NCBI GenBank assembly: GCA_963662275.1
Contig: OY759316.1
Coordinates: 1,248,001-1,312,000, forward strand
DNA length: 64,000 nt
Reading direction: 5' to 3'
Origin: Candidatus Cloacimonadales bacterium
Lineage (GTDB): Bacteria > Cloacimonadota > Cloacimonadia > Cloacimonadales > DAONDQ01
Position 1 is the first letter of the stretch. Each line of letters begins with the position of its first letter. The position numbers and the translations under genes were made by a program. Under the pieces are notes generated by a model. The model had not been told where the DNA came from, ran no database searches, and was given only the letters and a program-made list of their open reading frames with translations. This document shows positions 9,707 through 19,345 of this stretch, piece after piece.

Positions 9707-10339
9707 CTATTCAGTAAATTCATCTATCCTTGAAATCAATTCATTCATTTTTGTGAATGAGTACTTTTCTCTTTCCAGTCTTTCTTTACTATTAATCTGG
9801 ATGGAACGGGAGATAGCAGTAGAAGAATGTTGCTTTAACTGAGAAAATATTGTTCTAGTGAATTCTTTCTTTTTAGAGTAAGAAGGGATATACTCTTTTA
9901 TCTTAGGCTCTATCGATTCATAATTGGGGTGATATCGATCAGTATCTATAAAATGAAGTAGAAACCAGAATTCAATACAGGGCATTGATTCAATAAAAAA
10001 GAGAGGAATTGCTTTTTTGGCAGCTCGTTTTTGTAACATTGATTTCTTTGAATCATATCTGTCCATCTGATTCTGTGATAGGATAGTATCCATATCAATG
10101 ACACAAAATACTGTTATCACGTTCGAATTAGATGAATCATCCAGGATTCTTTCGACCATATCTAGCAAACCATTCCATCCCGTCTTTCTCGGTAATTCGG
10201 GCTGAATCTTTATTCGTTTCTCCTTAAATCTATCCACTCGCATGCTTGAAAGATAGTTCTGTTCCGTTTCTCCCTCACAGATAATTCTAATGCTTTTCTT
10301 TAATGCCCGGGTAGGATTAGTCTTTCTTTGATTTCTCAT
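9707..10339 (-). CDS. rloB: RloB family (TOPRIM-like; AbiLii-like) protein
   Basis: IICEGETEQNY, VFCVIDMD, SMPCIEFWFLLHF. Confidence 0.88.
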   Translation of the reverse strand: MRNQRKTNPTRALKKSIRIICEGETEQNYLSSMRVDRFKEKRIKIQPELPRKTGWNGLLDMVERILDDSSNSNVITVFCVIDMDTILSQNQMDRYDSKKSMLQKRAAKKAIPLFFIESMPCIEFWFLLHFIDTDRYHPNYESIEPKIKEYIPSYSKKKEFTRTIFSQLKQHSSTAISRSIQINSKERLEREKYSFTKMNELISRIDEFTE

Positions 10340-11615
10340 TGTCAGTATCCATAACAGGACTGCCTAAATTTGGAATACCACCTAAAGCTCCTTTCCGATA
10401 TAATCTGTCAATTGCATGTTCTTTGCGAACAGGAAATTCTGACACAGAAGCTAGTTCTGTACTTCCATCATTTTTACGGCTGGTTATCCATATAGCATCT
10501 CTTCTTATAATTTCTCTCTCATTTAAGAGTTCTGTGTTTTGTGAGGTAAATATCAATTGGCTATTTCGCGAGTTCAATAAAAAAGTAAGTAAAAAATGTA
10601 TCAATAAATCAATATGCAGTGAATTTTCGATTTCATCAATTAAAATGCAATGCTCTTCCTTTACTAATTCATAAAGAAGTGCAATAAAACCAAAATAACG
10701 TTGTGTTCCAAGTGATTCAGATAAATAATCTATCTGATACATATCTCTGATTGAATTGCCATGAATGAAATGCACCTTAAATTTATATAAATTATCAATA
10801 TAATCTTCAAAAACAGGAGATAACATGGCTAATTCTTCTTTTATGTAGGTTTTTTCAAGGTCATTATCCAAATTGATATTTTGGATATTGAAATCAGCAG
10901 TCTGTAACTGATCAATCAGGAAATGAGCTTGGTTTGAATTATCTTTAAAGAACTTCTCTATTGTTTTTGTTAATAAATCAGAAGAAGGTGTAACTAATGA
11001 TTGCATGTAATCAAGAAACCAGTTCTGGGCTTCTTGAATAGGTCCATTATAATTAATTGCGGATATTCTGTTCAAAATAAGCTGATTTTGAACAGAAACT
11101 TCTAGATCTTTTTGTTGAGCCTTATTGAGGTTAGCCCCTTTCCAGAAAAATTGATATGAGTATTCATTTGGAACTGTTTGATCATCAAAGAGAGATTGTC
11201 TCGAGAATACTAAAGCTTTAGTTCCCTTGGGATAATGGTATAAAGTTTCTTTATAAATGCATTTTCTGGATATTTCTAACCTATATTCATAAGTTATGAA
11301 ATTATGGTAAAAACAGATTTCAATTATTGTATGCTTTGTATTATCTTGGGCAAAAGGGTAAACAGGTATCTTTTTATTTTTATTTCGAGATTCAGTAACA
11401 ACCATATCTCTCAAAAAATCAATAGCTTTTAAGAGATTTGTTTTTCCTGATGCATTTGTGCCATATATCATAGCCATTTTCAAAATACGCATTTTAGGCT
11501 TTTCGATATTAACACAATAATATTCTTCCAAAGTTTTATCTGTGGTTGCGCGGAAATCCAAAGTTATTTTCTCTCTAATGGAAAGGAAGTTCTCCACACT
11601 GAAATATATAATCAT
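10317..11615 (-). CDS. RloA/AAA_21 family ATPase (AbiLi-like)
   Basis: FSVENFLSI, GTNASGKTN, ESLGTQR, LIDEIENSLH, QLIFTSQ, YRKGALGGIP; overlaps rloB. Confidence 0.88.
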   Translation of the reverse strand: MIIYFSVENFLSIREKITLDFRATTDKTLEEYYCVNIEKPKMRILKMAMIYGTNASGKTNLLKAIDFLRDMVVTESRNKNKKIPVYPFAQDNTKHTIIEICFYHNFITYEYRLEISRKCIYKETLYHYPKGTKALVFSRQSLFDDQTVPNEYSYQFFWKGANLNKAQQKDLEVSVQNQLILNRISAINYNGPIQEAQNWFLDYMQSLVTPSSDLLTKTIEKFFKDNSNQAHFLIDQLQTADFNIQNINLDNDLEKTYIKEELAMLSPVFEDYIDNLYKFKVHFIHGNSIRDMYQIDYLSESLGTQRYFGFIALLYELVKEEHCILIDEIENSLHIDLLIHFLLTFLLNSRNSQLIFTSQNTELLNEREIIRRDAIWITSRKNDGSTELASVSEFPVRKEHAIDRLYRKGALGGIPNLGSPVMDTDNEKSKKD

Positions 11616-11754
11616 AGTATCACCCACCTTGTCATGAAATACAGGCAATCTGCATAAAATTGAAAATATATAAATATAAATTGTGTGTCAAGCTAAAATA
11701 TGCAGGAAAAGTGCAAATAATGAGAATTTATTGAATTGATCTGTGTTTTTATAA

Positions 11755-12525
11755 CTAATCTATAGAATCAATTGATTCCAAATATTCCAACGCTTTCTTT
11801 ATTTCTTGAGGATTGATTTCCAGGGTATAGGTCAGGTCTATTTTTGTTGAAAGAACCGGAAGTATAGCTGGGAAATCAATTTTCCCTTTTCCCGGAATCA
11901 AGTGGATATCCTCATGGAAAAGATTATCACTGAGGTGAATATGCCGGATCTTGTCTTTCATTGTATCCCACCAGACTTGGAAGGGAATATTTGAAAAACA
12001 ATGAATATGAGCCACATCCAAACACATCCAAACATACTCTGAATGAATATCAGCCAACAGTTTTTGGAAGAAGGATGGTTCTTTTTCCCATGTGTTTTCC
12101 AAGAGCAATTCTATCTTGTTTTTTTCAATTATCGGCATCAATTCAGATAAAGAATCCTTGAAATAGTTCAGACAGAGCTTCCGTGTGAATTCCGTATGCA
12201 ATGGTAAAATAGCTACATGTAGCACAGCACGCTTAATTCCGCAATCTATGGCAATTTTCAATCCCTCTCTTACGATATCTGTGGCAAGAGTACGAATCCA
12301 TTTATCATTTGAACCAAGATCAAGACCTACGAAGGGGAGATGTGCCACAATAGGAACAGGACCCCGGTTCATCAGTTTTCTGAAATCATCAATAAAATGC
12401 GGATTATGATAGAATTTCTCTGAATCTATGAAAGCAGCTTCGATTCCAATATGATGCTGAACTGCTAACTCTGGCTTGTATTTTTCGAAGGGGATTCGCA
12501 TGAGAATTTGGTTACGTTTAATCAT
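11755..12525 (-). CDS. Sugar phosphate isomerase/epimerase (AP endonuclease 2 TIM barrel) family protein
   Basis: HLPF, LEN, CLDVAH, HIHLSDN, DIHLIPGKG, TLE. Confidence 0.85.
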   Translation of the reverse strand: MIKRNQILMRIPFEKYKPELAVQHHIGIEAAFIDSEKFYHNPHFIDDFRKLMNRGPVPIVAHLPFVGLDLGSNDKWIRTLATDIVREGLKIAIDCGIKRAVLHVAILPLHTEFTRKLCLNYFKDSLSELMPIIEKNKIELLLENTWEKEPSFFQKLLADIHSEYVWMCLDVAHIHCFSNIPFQVWWDTMKDKIRHIHLSDNLFHEDIHLIPGKGKIDFPAILPVLSTKIDLTYTLEINPQEIKKALEYLESIDSID

Positions 12526-13633
12526 TTGGATATATCGCCTTTTGAAATAAATGATAAATACTGATGAGAATTAATTGGTTATTCACATGCTGTTCCACCC
12601 GAAAATGCATTTTCTCCATTTTTTCGAGTAATGAAGGCAATTCTTCATGCAAAGAAGGGTTGGATTGATAGCACATTTCCAAAAGAGATATAATGTCCAC
12701 ATTAATAATGTGTTCAGGTGCGTCATGCAGGAAAGCCAAGTCTCCGACCAGGATGATAAACAGTTCAATAATCTCTGTATAAAATGATGGTCCTCTACTG
12801 ACTTTTCGATCATTGAGGAACTCCAGGAATTTTAAGTCATTTCTTGCCAGGATTGTGTTTAGGAAGGTAATCAAATATGCACGTGCTTCCAATTTTCCAC
12901 TTTCACTTAATCGCAATGCCTGCTTCAAATTACCATTGGAAATTCGAGCGATGGTTTTAGCCGCCACCTTATCCACTAGCATCTTTTCTTCCAGTATATC
13001 TTCAATGATCTTACTGGCTAATGCCTTGAATCTTAAATGCTGGCAACGTGATAATACCGTCGGTAAAAGCAGGGAAGGTTGAACCGTAGTTAAAATAATC
13101 ACCGTTTGTTGCGGAGGTTCTTCCAGTGTTTTTAAAAAAGCATTGGCTGTTTTTGTATTCATGAATTCAGCTTTCTCTATGATACAAATACGATATTTAG
13201 CTTCATTCAAAGACATGCTCATACGGTATTGAAGATGATGAATGCTATCCAGTCGGATTTCGGCATTTGTGGAAAAAAAGAATTCTTTCCAAGGTGTTTC
13301 TATCTTATTTTTGAAATACAATTCGTATTCGGAGATATACTTCGAGACTTGGATATCTCCTTCCTTGCTAAAATTCATATTAGGTGTTGGAAATGCATAG
13401 ATAAAGTCAGGATGACTGAATTGCAGAAATTTTTTACAGGAATTACATACACCACAAGGTTTTTCCTTGTCTTCGCTTAAGCAATTCAATGCCATACCAA
13501 AATATAGAGCGGTAGTGAATTTACCTACACCTTCCGGTCCATAAAATAAGTATGCCTGTCCTACCTTACCCGAATGAATAGCATGATTCAGGACTGAAAT
13601 AGCCTGCTCCTGACCCAGGATGTTTCTTAGCAT
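12518..13633 (-). CDS. holB: DNA polymerase III subunit delta'
   Basis: AYLFYGPEGVGK, PCGVCNSC, HPDF, ANAFLKTLEEPP, PTVLSRCQ. Confidence 0.9.
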   Translation of the reverse strand: MLRNILGQEQAISVLNHAIHSGKVGQAYLFYGPEGVGKFTTALYFGMALNCLSEDKEKPCGVCNSCKKFLQFSHPDFIYAFPTPNMNFSKEGDIQVSKYISEYELYFKNKIETPWKEFFFSTNAEIRLDSIHHLQYRMSMSLNEAKYRICIIEKAEFMNTKTANAFLKTLEEPPQQTVIILTTVQPSLLLPTVLSRCQHLRFKALASKIIEDILEEKMLVDKVAAKTIARISNGNLKQALRLSESGKLEARAYLITFLNTILARNDLKFLEFLNDRKVSRGPSFYTEIIELFIILVGDLAFLHDAPEHIINVDIISLLEMCYQSNPSLHEELPSLLEKMEKMHFRVEQHVNNQLILISIYHLFQKAIYPND

Positions 13634-13634
13634 T

Positions 13635-14240
13635 CTAGATGATGGAAAGCTTACTAATGTGATCGTCAGCTAAGGCTTTATCCAAGATGGTTTTGATATA
13701 CGAATCCGTGAATTCTTCTGCAAGGATATCAAAGATCAATTCATCGTGGTATTGACCGGCGACAAAGTAACTGTTTCTCCGTGTACCCACTTGCTTAAAT
13801 CCGCATTTTTCATAGCATCTGATCGCCCGTTTATTGAATGCGACAACATGCAGAGATATGTTATTCAGGTTCAAGATATGAAAACCGAAATCCAAAACCA
13901 GTTTCACAGCTTCCGTTCCGAACCCTGCATTCCAATAATTGCGATCCCCGATAAAGATACCAAAGGTAGCTTTACGATTGATGGCATCAATACTGAATAG
14001 CCCGGTACCTCCAATAGGTTTGCCTGTTTCCTTATCGACAATGGCAAAATTATAACTGTTACCTGTGGCGTATTGATGAAGAATATCGCGTTCCTTCTCC
14101 ATACTGTACACATTGGAGAGAATATCCATACTGATGCATATCTCAGGATCATTGACCCATTCTGCAAAACGTTCATAATCTTCGGGATTGTGCGGAGATA
14201 GGAAGACCCTTTCTCCAGTTAGTTTTTTAAAGTATTTCAT
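13635..14240 (-). CDS. GNAT (RimL/SpeG-like) acetyltransferase
   Basis: GIFIG..YWNAGFGTEA, NKRAIRCYEKCGF. Confidence 0.88.
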   Translation of the reverse strand: MKYFKKLTGERVFLSPHNPEDYERFAEWVNDPEICISMDILSNVYSMEKERDILHQYATGNSYNFAIVDKETGKPIGGTGLFSIDAINRKATFGIFIGDRNYWNAGFGTEAVKLVLDFGFHILNLNNISLHVVAFNKRAIRCYEKCGFKQVGTRRNSYFVAGQYHDELIFDILAEEFTDSYIKTILDKALADDHISKLSII

Positions 14241-14251
14241 ATTTGCCTCTT

Positions 14252-15682
14252 CTATTTCATTATTGCTTGAAATCGTTTTATGGTTTCTTCAGTGCCCAAG
14301 ATATCTAACGCAGTTGGAATATCGGGACCGGATGTCTCACCCCATAAGGCGAGATTGAGTGGCTGGTAATATTGTTTTCCTTTGATCTCCAATTCTTCAA
14401 TTCCTTTGGAGACTAGTTCAGCTAGTTCATCTTTTGTCCAATTGTATTTTATCCTAAGTCGATCACAAAAATAACTTAGCACTTTTTGGCTTGATGCTGA
14501 AGTCAGAAAATCCTTATCTGTTTCCTTGATTTTGGGAAAGATGTAAAATTTAGCAGCATAATCCGTGATCAATGATAGAATGGAAACATAATTGCGTGAT
14601 TTATCGACAACTTTCAGATACTTTCCGTGGTCACTGATATCAAAACCAGCTTCCAAAAAGTAAGTTCTTGAACAATCAGCTATATATTCTAAAGGCAGAC
14701 TGCGAATATATTGACCATTCATCCAATCCAACTTGGTCACATCGAAAATAGCCCCTGCTTTATTTACATGTGCGAAATCAAATTCTGAGATCATTTCTTC
14801 AAGAGAGAAGATTTCCTTATCACCGGCAGGATGCCATCCTAACAAGGCGACAAAATTAATAATAGCTTCCTTGAGATATCCTTTGCTTAGATAGCTTTCT
14901 ACAGCGACATCACCTTGGCGCTTGCTCATCTTGGAACGATCAGTTCCCAATAGCAATGGCAGATGTACCCAGTGGGGGGGTGTCCAACCAAGGCTTTCAT
15001 GCAGGAATATATGTTTTGGTGTGCTGGAAAGCCATTCTTCACCGCGTATGACGTCAGTGATTTCCATGTAATGATCATCAACAACTGCTGCGAGGTGATA
15101 GGTTGGAAAACCGTCAGATTTGATGATAACCTGGTCGTCGATTAAATCCGATTCAATATCCACCCTTCCCCGAATGATATCATCAAATACAAAACTTTGG
15201 TGTTTGGGAACTTTCATGCGGATTACATGCGGTTCACCATTTAAAAGACGCGCTGTTACTTCATCTTTTGATAAACGGGAACAGCGACCGTCATATTTCA
15301 TGTTGTTGTGTGTTCCTACCTGTTCTTCTCGCATTTGATCAAGGGTTTCCTTGGAACAAAAACAATGATAGGCATGTCCTTTCTCAATTAGCTCCAATGC
15401 ATGTTTCATATATAATGGTAATCGTTGTGACTGAAAGTAGGGACCGAATCCGCCATCTTTATGAGGACCTTCATCATAATCAATTCCTAAAGTGGCAAGA
15501 GAGGTGATGAGATTATCTACAGAATCTTCAACTAAACGGGTTTGATCTGTATCTTCAATGCGTAGAACGAAGGTTCCGCCCATCTTACGAGCATAAACAT
15601 AATCATATAGCGCAGTTCTCAGGCTTCCTAAATGCAGATATCCTGTCGGACTAGGGGCAAAACGTACCCTGATTTTTGACAT
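14252..15682 (-). CDS. gltX: Glutamate--tRNA ligase
   Basis: RVRFAPSPTGYLHLG, RIEDTD, KMSKR. Confidence 0.97.
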   Translation of the reverse strand: MSKIRVRFAPSPTGYLHLGSLRTALYDYVYARKMGGTFVLRIEDTDQTRLVEDSVDNLITSLATLGIDYDEGPHKDGGFGPYFQSQRLPLYMKHALELIEKGHAYHCFCSKETLDQMREEQVGTHNNMKYDGRCSRLSKDEVTARLLNGEPHVIRMKVPKHQSFVFDDIIRGRVDIESDLIDDQVIIKSDGFPTYHLAAVVDDHYMEITDVIRGEEWLSSTPKHIFLHESLGWTPPHWVHLPLLLGTDRSKMSKRQGDVAVESYLSKGYLKEAIINFVALLGWHPAGDKEIFSLEEMISEFDFAHVNKAGAIFDVTKLDWMNGQYIRSLPLEYIADCSRTYFLEAGFDISDHGKYLKVVDKSRNYVSILSLITDYAAKFYIFPKIKETDKDFLTSASSQKVLSYFCDRLRIKYNWTKDELAELVSKGIEELEIKGKQYYQPLNLALWGETSGPDIPTALDILGTEETIKRFQAIMK

Positions 15683-15744
15683 CCTGACTCCTGGTGAGTT
15701 TTATTTCAATATTCGATTTGATAATGAATATGTCAATGAATAAG

Positions 15745-15786
15745 GTGACAGGGTACAGGGTATAGGGTACAGGGGACAGGGTACAG
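15745..15786 (+). repeat. Heptamer array (6 units, GGTACAG type)
   Basis: GTGACAG GGTACAG GGTATAG GGTACAG GGGACAG GGTACAG. Confidence 0.85.
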
Positions 15787-15917
15787 GTGTTTTCGTGTGA
15801 GAAATAGTATAGAGTTGCATCGCGATTAATTATCTGGAATGGGGTGGAATAAATATTGACAATGAGTATAGGAAATACAATATATAATTATATGCAATAT
15901 GAAACAGGTGGTATCTT

Positions 15918-17192
15918 ATGGCTCATCATTCAGCTAAATCAGAATATTATCAATTACAGGAACGGTTGAACCGTTTTCCCCAGGGAGCGCCTCCTTCAGA
16001 TACATTATATAAGATTTTACAAATACTTTTCAGCAAAAAGGAAGCAGAACTCGTTTCCCAACTTCCCATTAAGCCTTTTACTGCAATAGATGCTTCTAAA
16101 ATATGGAAGATACCAGTACCTGATTCCCGGAAAGTGCTTAAAGAACTGGCATCACGAGCTATTCTTGTAGATGCAGATTTTAACGGAATCATTTACTATA
16201 CCTTACCTCCACCAATGGCAGGTTTTTTTGAATTCTCCTTGATGCGTGTCCGTGGTGATATCGATCAGAAACTACTTGGAGAGCTTTATTACCAGTATCT
16301 AAATGTGGAAGAAGATTTTATCCGTGATTTGCTCTTGGGCAGTGAAACACGATTAGGTAGAGTCTTTGTTCAGGAAGAAGTACTGAGTAACGACAATGCG
16401 ATACATATCCTTGACTTTGAACGAGCCAGTAATGTGATTCAGACTGCCACTAAAATTGGTATCGGGATGTGTTATTGCCGTCATAAGATGCAGCATGTCG
16501 GCAAAGCATGTGATGCTCCCATGGATATCTGCATGACATTCAATGGAGCCGGTACATCTTTAATCAAAGCTGGATTTGCCAGGCAGGTTGATGTCTCTGA
16601 GGGAATGGAATTGCTGCACCAGGCGTATGAACATAACCTTGTGCAATGTGGTGAAAACGTGCGTCAGGGAGTCAATTTTATCTGCAATTGCTGTAGCTGC
16701 TGTTGTGAATTTCTTGTGAATGCAAAGAAATTTGGTTCGCTGCAGCCCATTCATACATCCAATTTTATTACACAAGCTGATACTTCTGCATGTATCGGGT
16801 GCGGTAAATGCATCAAAGCTTGCCCGATAGAGGCAATTTCCTACCTGAATCCAACCCCGGGGAATAAAGAAAAACCTAAAGTGCAGATTGACAGAGAGAT
16901 TTGTCTTGGCTGCGGAGTCTGCGTTAGAAGCTGTCCTACAAAGGCACTGTCTTTGGAAAGCCGTCCCGAGAGAATCATCACACCTATCAATTCTGTTCAT
17001 CGGGTTGTCCTGATGGCGATAGAAAAAGGTACGTTTCAAAACCTGCTCTTTGATAACCAGGCATTTGCCAGTCACCGTGCTTTAGCAGCCATATTAGGTG
17101 TGATATTGAAGCTTCCACCTGTAAAACAGATAATGGCGAGTAAGCAGATGAAGTCGGTGTATTTGGAGAAGCTGTGCGCGGGGAGAGGGTAA
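15918..17192 (+). CDS. 4Fe-4S dicluster-binding protein
   Basis: CIGCGKCIKACP, CLGCGVCVRSCP, ICNCCSCCC, CYCRH. Confidence 0.88.
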   Translation: MAHHSAKSEYYQLQERLNRFPQGAPPSDTLYKILQILFSKKEAELVSQLPIKPFTAIDASKIWKIPVPDSRKVLKELASRAILVDADFNGIIYYTLPPPMAGFFEFSLMRVRGDIDQKLLGELYYQYLNVEEDFIRDLLLGSETRLGRVFVQEEVLSNDNAIHILDFERASNVIQTATKIGIGMCYCRHKMQHVGKACDAPMDICMTFNGAGTSLIKAGFARQVDVSEGMELLHQAYEHNLVQCGENVRQGVNFICNCCSCCCEFLVNAKKFGSLQPIHTSNFITQADTSACIGCGKCIKACPIEAISYLNPTPGNKEKPKVQIDREICLGCGVCVRSCPTKALSLESRPERIITPINSVHRVVLMAIEKGTFQNLLFDNQAFASHRALAAILGVILKLPPVKQIMASKQMKSVYLEKLCAGRG

Positions 17193-17194
17193 AG

Positions 17195-17243
17195 GGGACA
17201 GCGTACAGGGTACAGCGGACAGGGTATAGGGTACAGGGGATAG
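17195..17243 (+). repeat. Heptamer array upstream of four-helix-bundle gene 1 (7 units)
   Basis: GGGACAG CGTACAG GGTACAG CGGACAG GGTATAG GGTACAG GGGATAG; reverse complement of the downstream array. Confidence 0.9.
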
Positions 17244-17358
17244 GGGGGGAAAGGGAAATATAGGGGATACAGTTTTTAATTAAGAAAATAATATTTGACA
17301 TATTCTCAATAAATACAGTTCTTAGTGATAACTTTATTCTTAGGGTTTAGGAGGATTT

Positions 17359-17721
17359 ATGCCGGTGCAAAGCTATAAGGAGTTGATCGTTTGGCAAAAA
17401 GCAATGGATTTGGTAGTAGAAGTGTATAAGCTTAGCAGAAGCTTTCCGAAAGATGAGTTATACTCTCTTACTAACCAAATACGAAGAGCTGTTACATCAG
17501 TTCCATCAAATATTGCAGAAGGTTGGGGAAGAAATTCCAGAGCTGAATATCTTCATTTCATATCTATTGCAAAAGGGTCATTGGCTGAAGTTGAAACGCA
17601 ATTACTTGTTGCATTAAGATTGCAATTCATTGACGAACAGCAAATTAATGCTTCATTAAATCTTCGTGAAGAGGTTGGCAAGATGCTATTTGCCTTATAC
17701 GCGAAACTCTCTTCTTCTTAA
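17359..17721 (+). CDS. Four helix bundle protein (23S rRNA-IVP / Avd-like family)
   Basis: LIVWQKAMDL..YKLS..FPKDE.Y.LTNQIRRA..SVPSNIAEG.GR...GSLAE.ETQ; AGGAGG RBS. Confidence 0.93.
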   Translation: MPVQSYKELIVWQKAMDLVVEVYKLSRSFPKDELYSLTNQIRRAVTSVPSNIAEGWGRNSRAEYLHFISIAKGSLAEVETQLLVALRLQFIDEQQINASLNLREEVGKMLFALYAKLSSS

Positions 17722-18096
17722 CCCTGTACCCTGTACCCTGTACGCTGTACCCTATACCCTGTACGCTGTACCCTGTACCCTGTACGCTGTACCCTGTACG
17801 CTGTACGCTGTACCCTGTACCCTGTACCCTGTACCCTGTACGCTGTACGCTGTACCCTGTACCCTGTACGCTGTACCCTGTACGCTGTACGCTGTACCCT
17901 GTACCCTGTACCCTGTACCCTGTACGCTGTACCCTGTACCCTGTACCCTGTACGCTGTACGCTGTACCCTGTACGCTGTACGCTGTACGCTGTACGCTGT
18001 ACGCTGTACGCTGTACGCTGTACCCTGTACGCTGTACCCTGTACCCTGTACCCTGTACCCTGTACCCTGTACGCTGTACCCTGTACGCTGTACGCT
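17722..18096 (+). repeat. Tandem 7-bp array, 53 units of CCCTGTA/CGCTGTA
   Basis: Begins at the first base after the stop codon; irregular mix of two variants plus one CCCTATA. Confidence 0.98.
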
Positions 18097-18113
18097 ACTT
18101 CAACGAGGTGAAT

Positions 18114-19064
18114 ATGATAATACCGATTATTTTGTTAATTCTTGGATTTGCACTGTTACTTTTAGGAGCTGATTGGTTAGTCAGAGGTGGTAGTTCCTTA
18201 GCTAAACGGTTTAATGTACCTGAAATTGTCATTGGCTTGACTGTGGTAGCATTCGGTACATCAATGCCTGAACTCATGGTCAATCTGATGTCCAGGCTAA
18301 AAGGCGTCACAGATATTACTTTTGGTGATGCCATCGGTAGTAATAATTTTAATATTCTCATTATCTTAGGGATAACCGCCCTTTTGTGTCCTCTTGTCGT
18401 AAAAAAAGCCACAATTTGGAAGGAAATTCCGTTTGCTCTCTTTGTCGCTCTATTAGTCATGTTCCTGGCAAATGACCAGTGGCTGAATCCCAGAGCTATT
18501 GATATGCTCAGCAGATGGGATGGAATTATCATGTTGGCTTTCTTTGGTCTCTTTCTTATTTATACAGTGCACTTGAGCAAAACAGGAGCAATTGAAGCGT
18601 CTAATGTAAAGGTGTATTCCTTATTTCTTACCATTGGGTTTATCGTTACAGGTATAGTTGGATTGATTGCTGGTGGGAAGGTTGTTATTACCCAGGCTGT
18701 AATCATTGCCGAACAATTTGGTGTTAGTCAAAAAGTCATAGGACTTACGATCGTGGCTGCCGGAACTTCCTTACCTGAACTTGCAACATCAGTCGTCGCT
18801 GCCTTAAAAAAACACCCTGATATTGCCATCGGCAATATCGTCGGTTCCAATATCTTTAATCTCTTATTCATTTTAGGTATCTCATCAACAATCAGTCCAC
18901 TTCCATACAAAATAGCGTTCAACCAGGATTTTACCTTAATGCTTGTTGCTACTACCTTATTGTTCGTCTATATGTTTATCCCAAAGAAACATCGCTTGGA
19001 TAGATGGCAAGGACTCTTGTTTATCCTCATCTATGTGGGATATTGCGTATATTTCCTGAAGTAG
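18114..19064 (+). CDS. Calcium/sodium antiporter (YrbG/CaCA family), copy 1
   Basis: GTSMPEL, GSNNFN, GTSLPEL and GNIVGSNIFN alpha repeats; start could also be GTG 18108. Confidence 0.93.
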   Translation: MIIPIILLILGFALLLLGADWLVRGGSSLAKRFNVPEIVIGLTVVAFGTSMPELMVNLMSRLKGVTDITFGDAIGSNNFNILIILGITALLCPLVVKKATIWKEIPFALFVALLVMFLANDQWLNPRAIDMLSRWDGIIMLAFFGLFLIYTVHLSKTGAIEASNVKVYSLFLTIGFIVTGIVGLIAGGKVVITQAVIIAEQFGVSQKVIGLTIVAAGTSLPELATSVVAALKKHPDIAIGNIVGSNIFNLLFILGISSTISPLPYKIAFNQDFTLMLVATTLLFVYMFIPKKHRLDRWQGLLFILIYVGYCVYFLK

Positions 19065-19075
19065 GCTGGGGGAAG

Positions 19076-19148
19076 GTGACAGCGTACAGCGGACAGGGAA
19101 TAGGAAGTAGTTAGGTGTTAGGTGTTAGGTGTTAGGTGTCAGGTTCAG
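19076..19148 (+). repeat. Mosaic heptamer array after stop codon
   Basis: GTGACAG CGTACAG CGGACAG GGAATAG gaag TAGTTAG (GTGTTAG)3 GTGTCAG. Confidence 0.88.
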
Positions 19149-19345
19149 AGCAGATGAGCATCATGTAACTATTAACAATCAGATTTCAATACGGCGATGA
19201 GATAAAAGAACACTCGAATCCCAAGATGCAAGGATGAAGATGGTATATTATCTTCTATCTGTTTCCACAGATCTGCATGTCTCATAAACCTACATTCCAT
19301 TTGACACAATTAATTTTTGAAGTATCTTGATACTATGAGGTGTTT

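Noticed and set aside
17359..17721. 23S rRNA intervening sequence
   Set aside because: No rRNA sequence flanks either four-helix-bundle gene.
17666..18172. 168-aa ORF of VPCTLYA repeats
   Set aside because: Translation artefact of the 7-bp array; overlaps two real genes and has no RBS.
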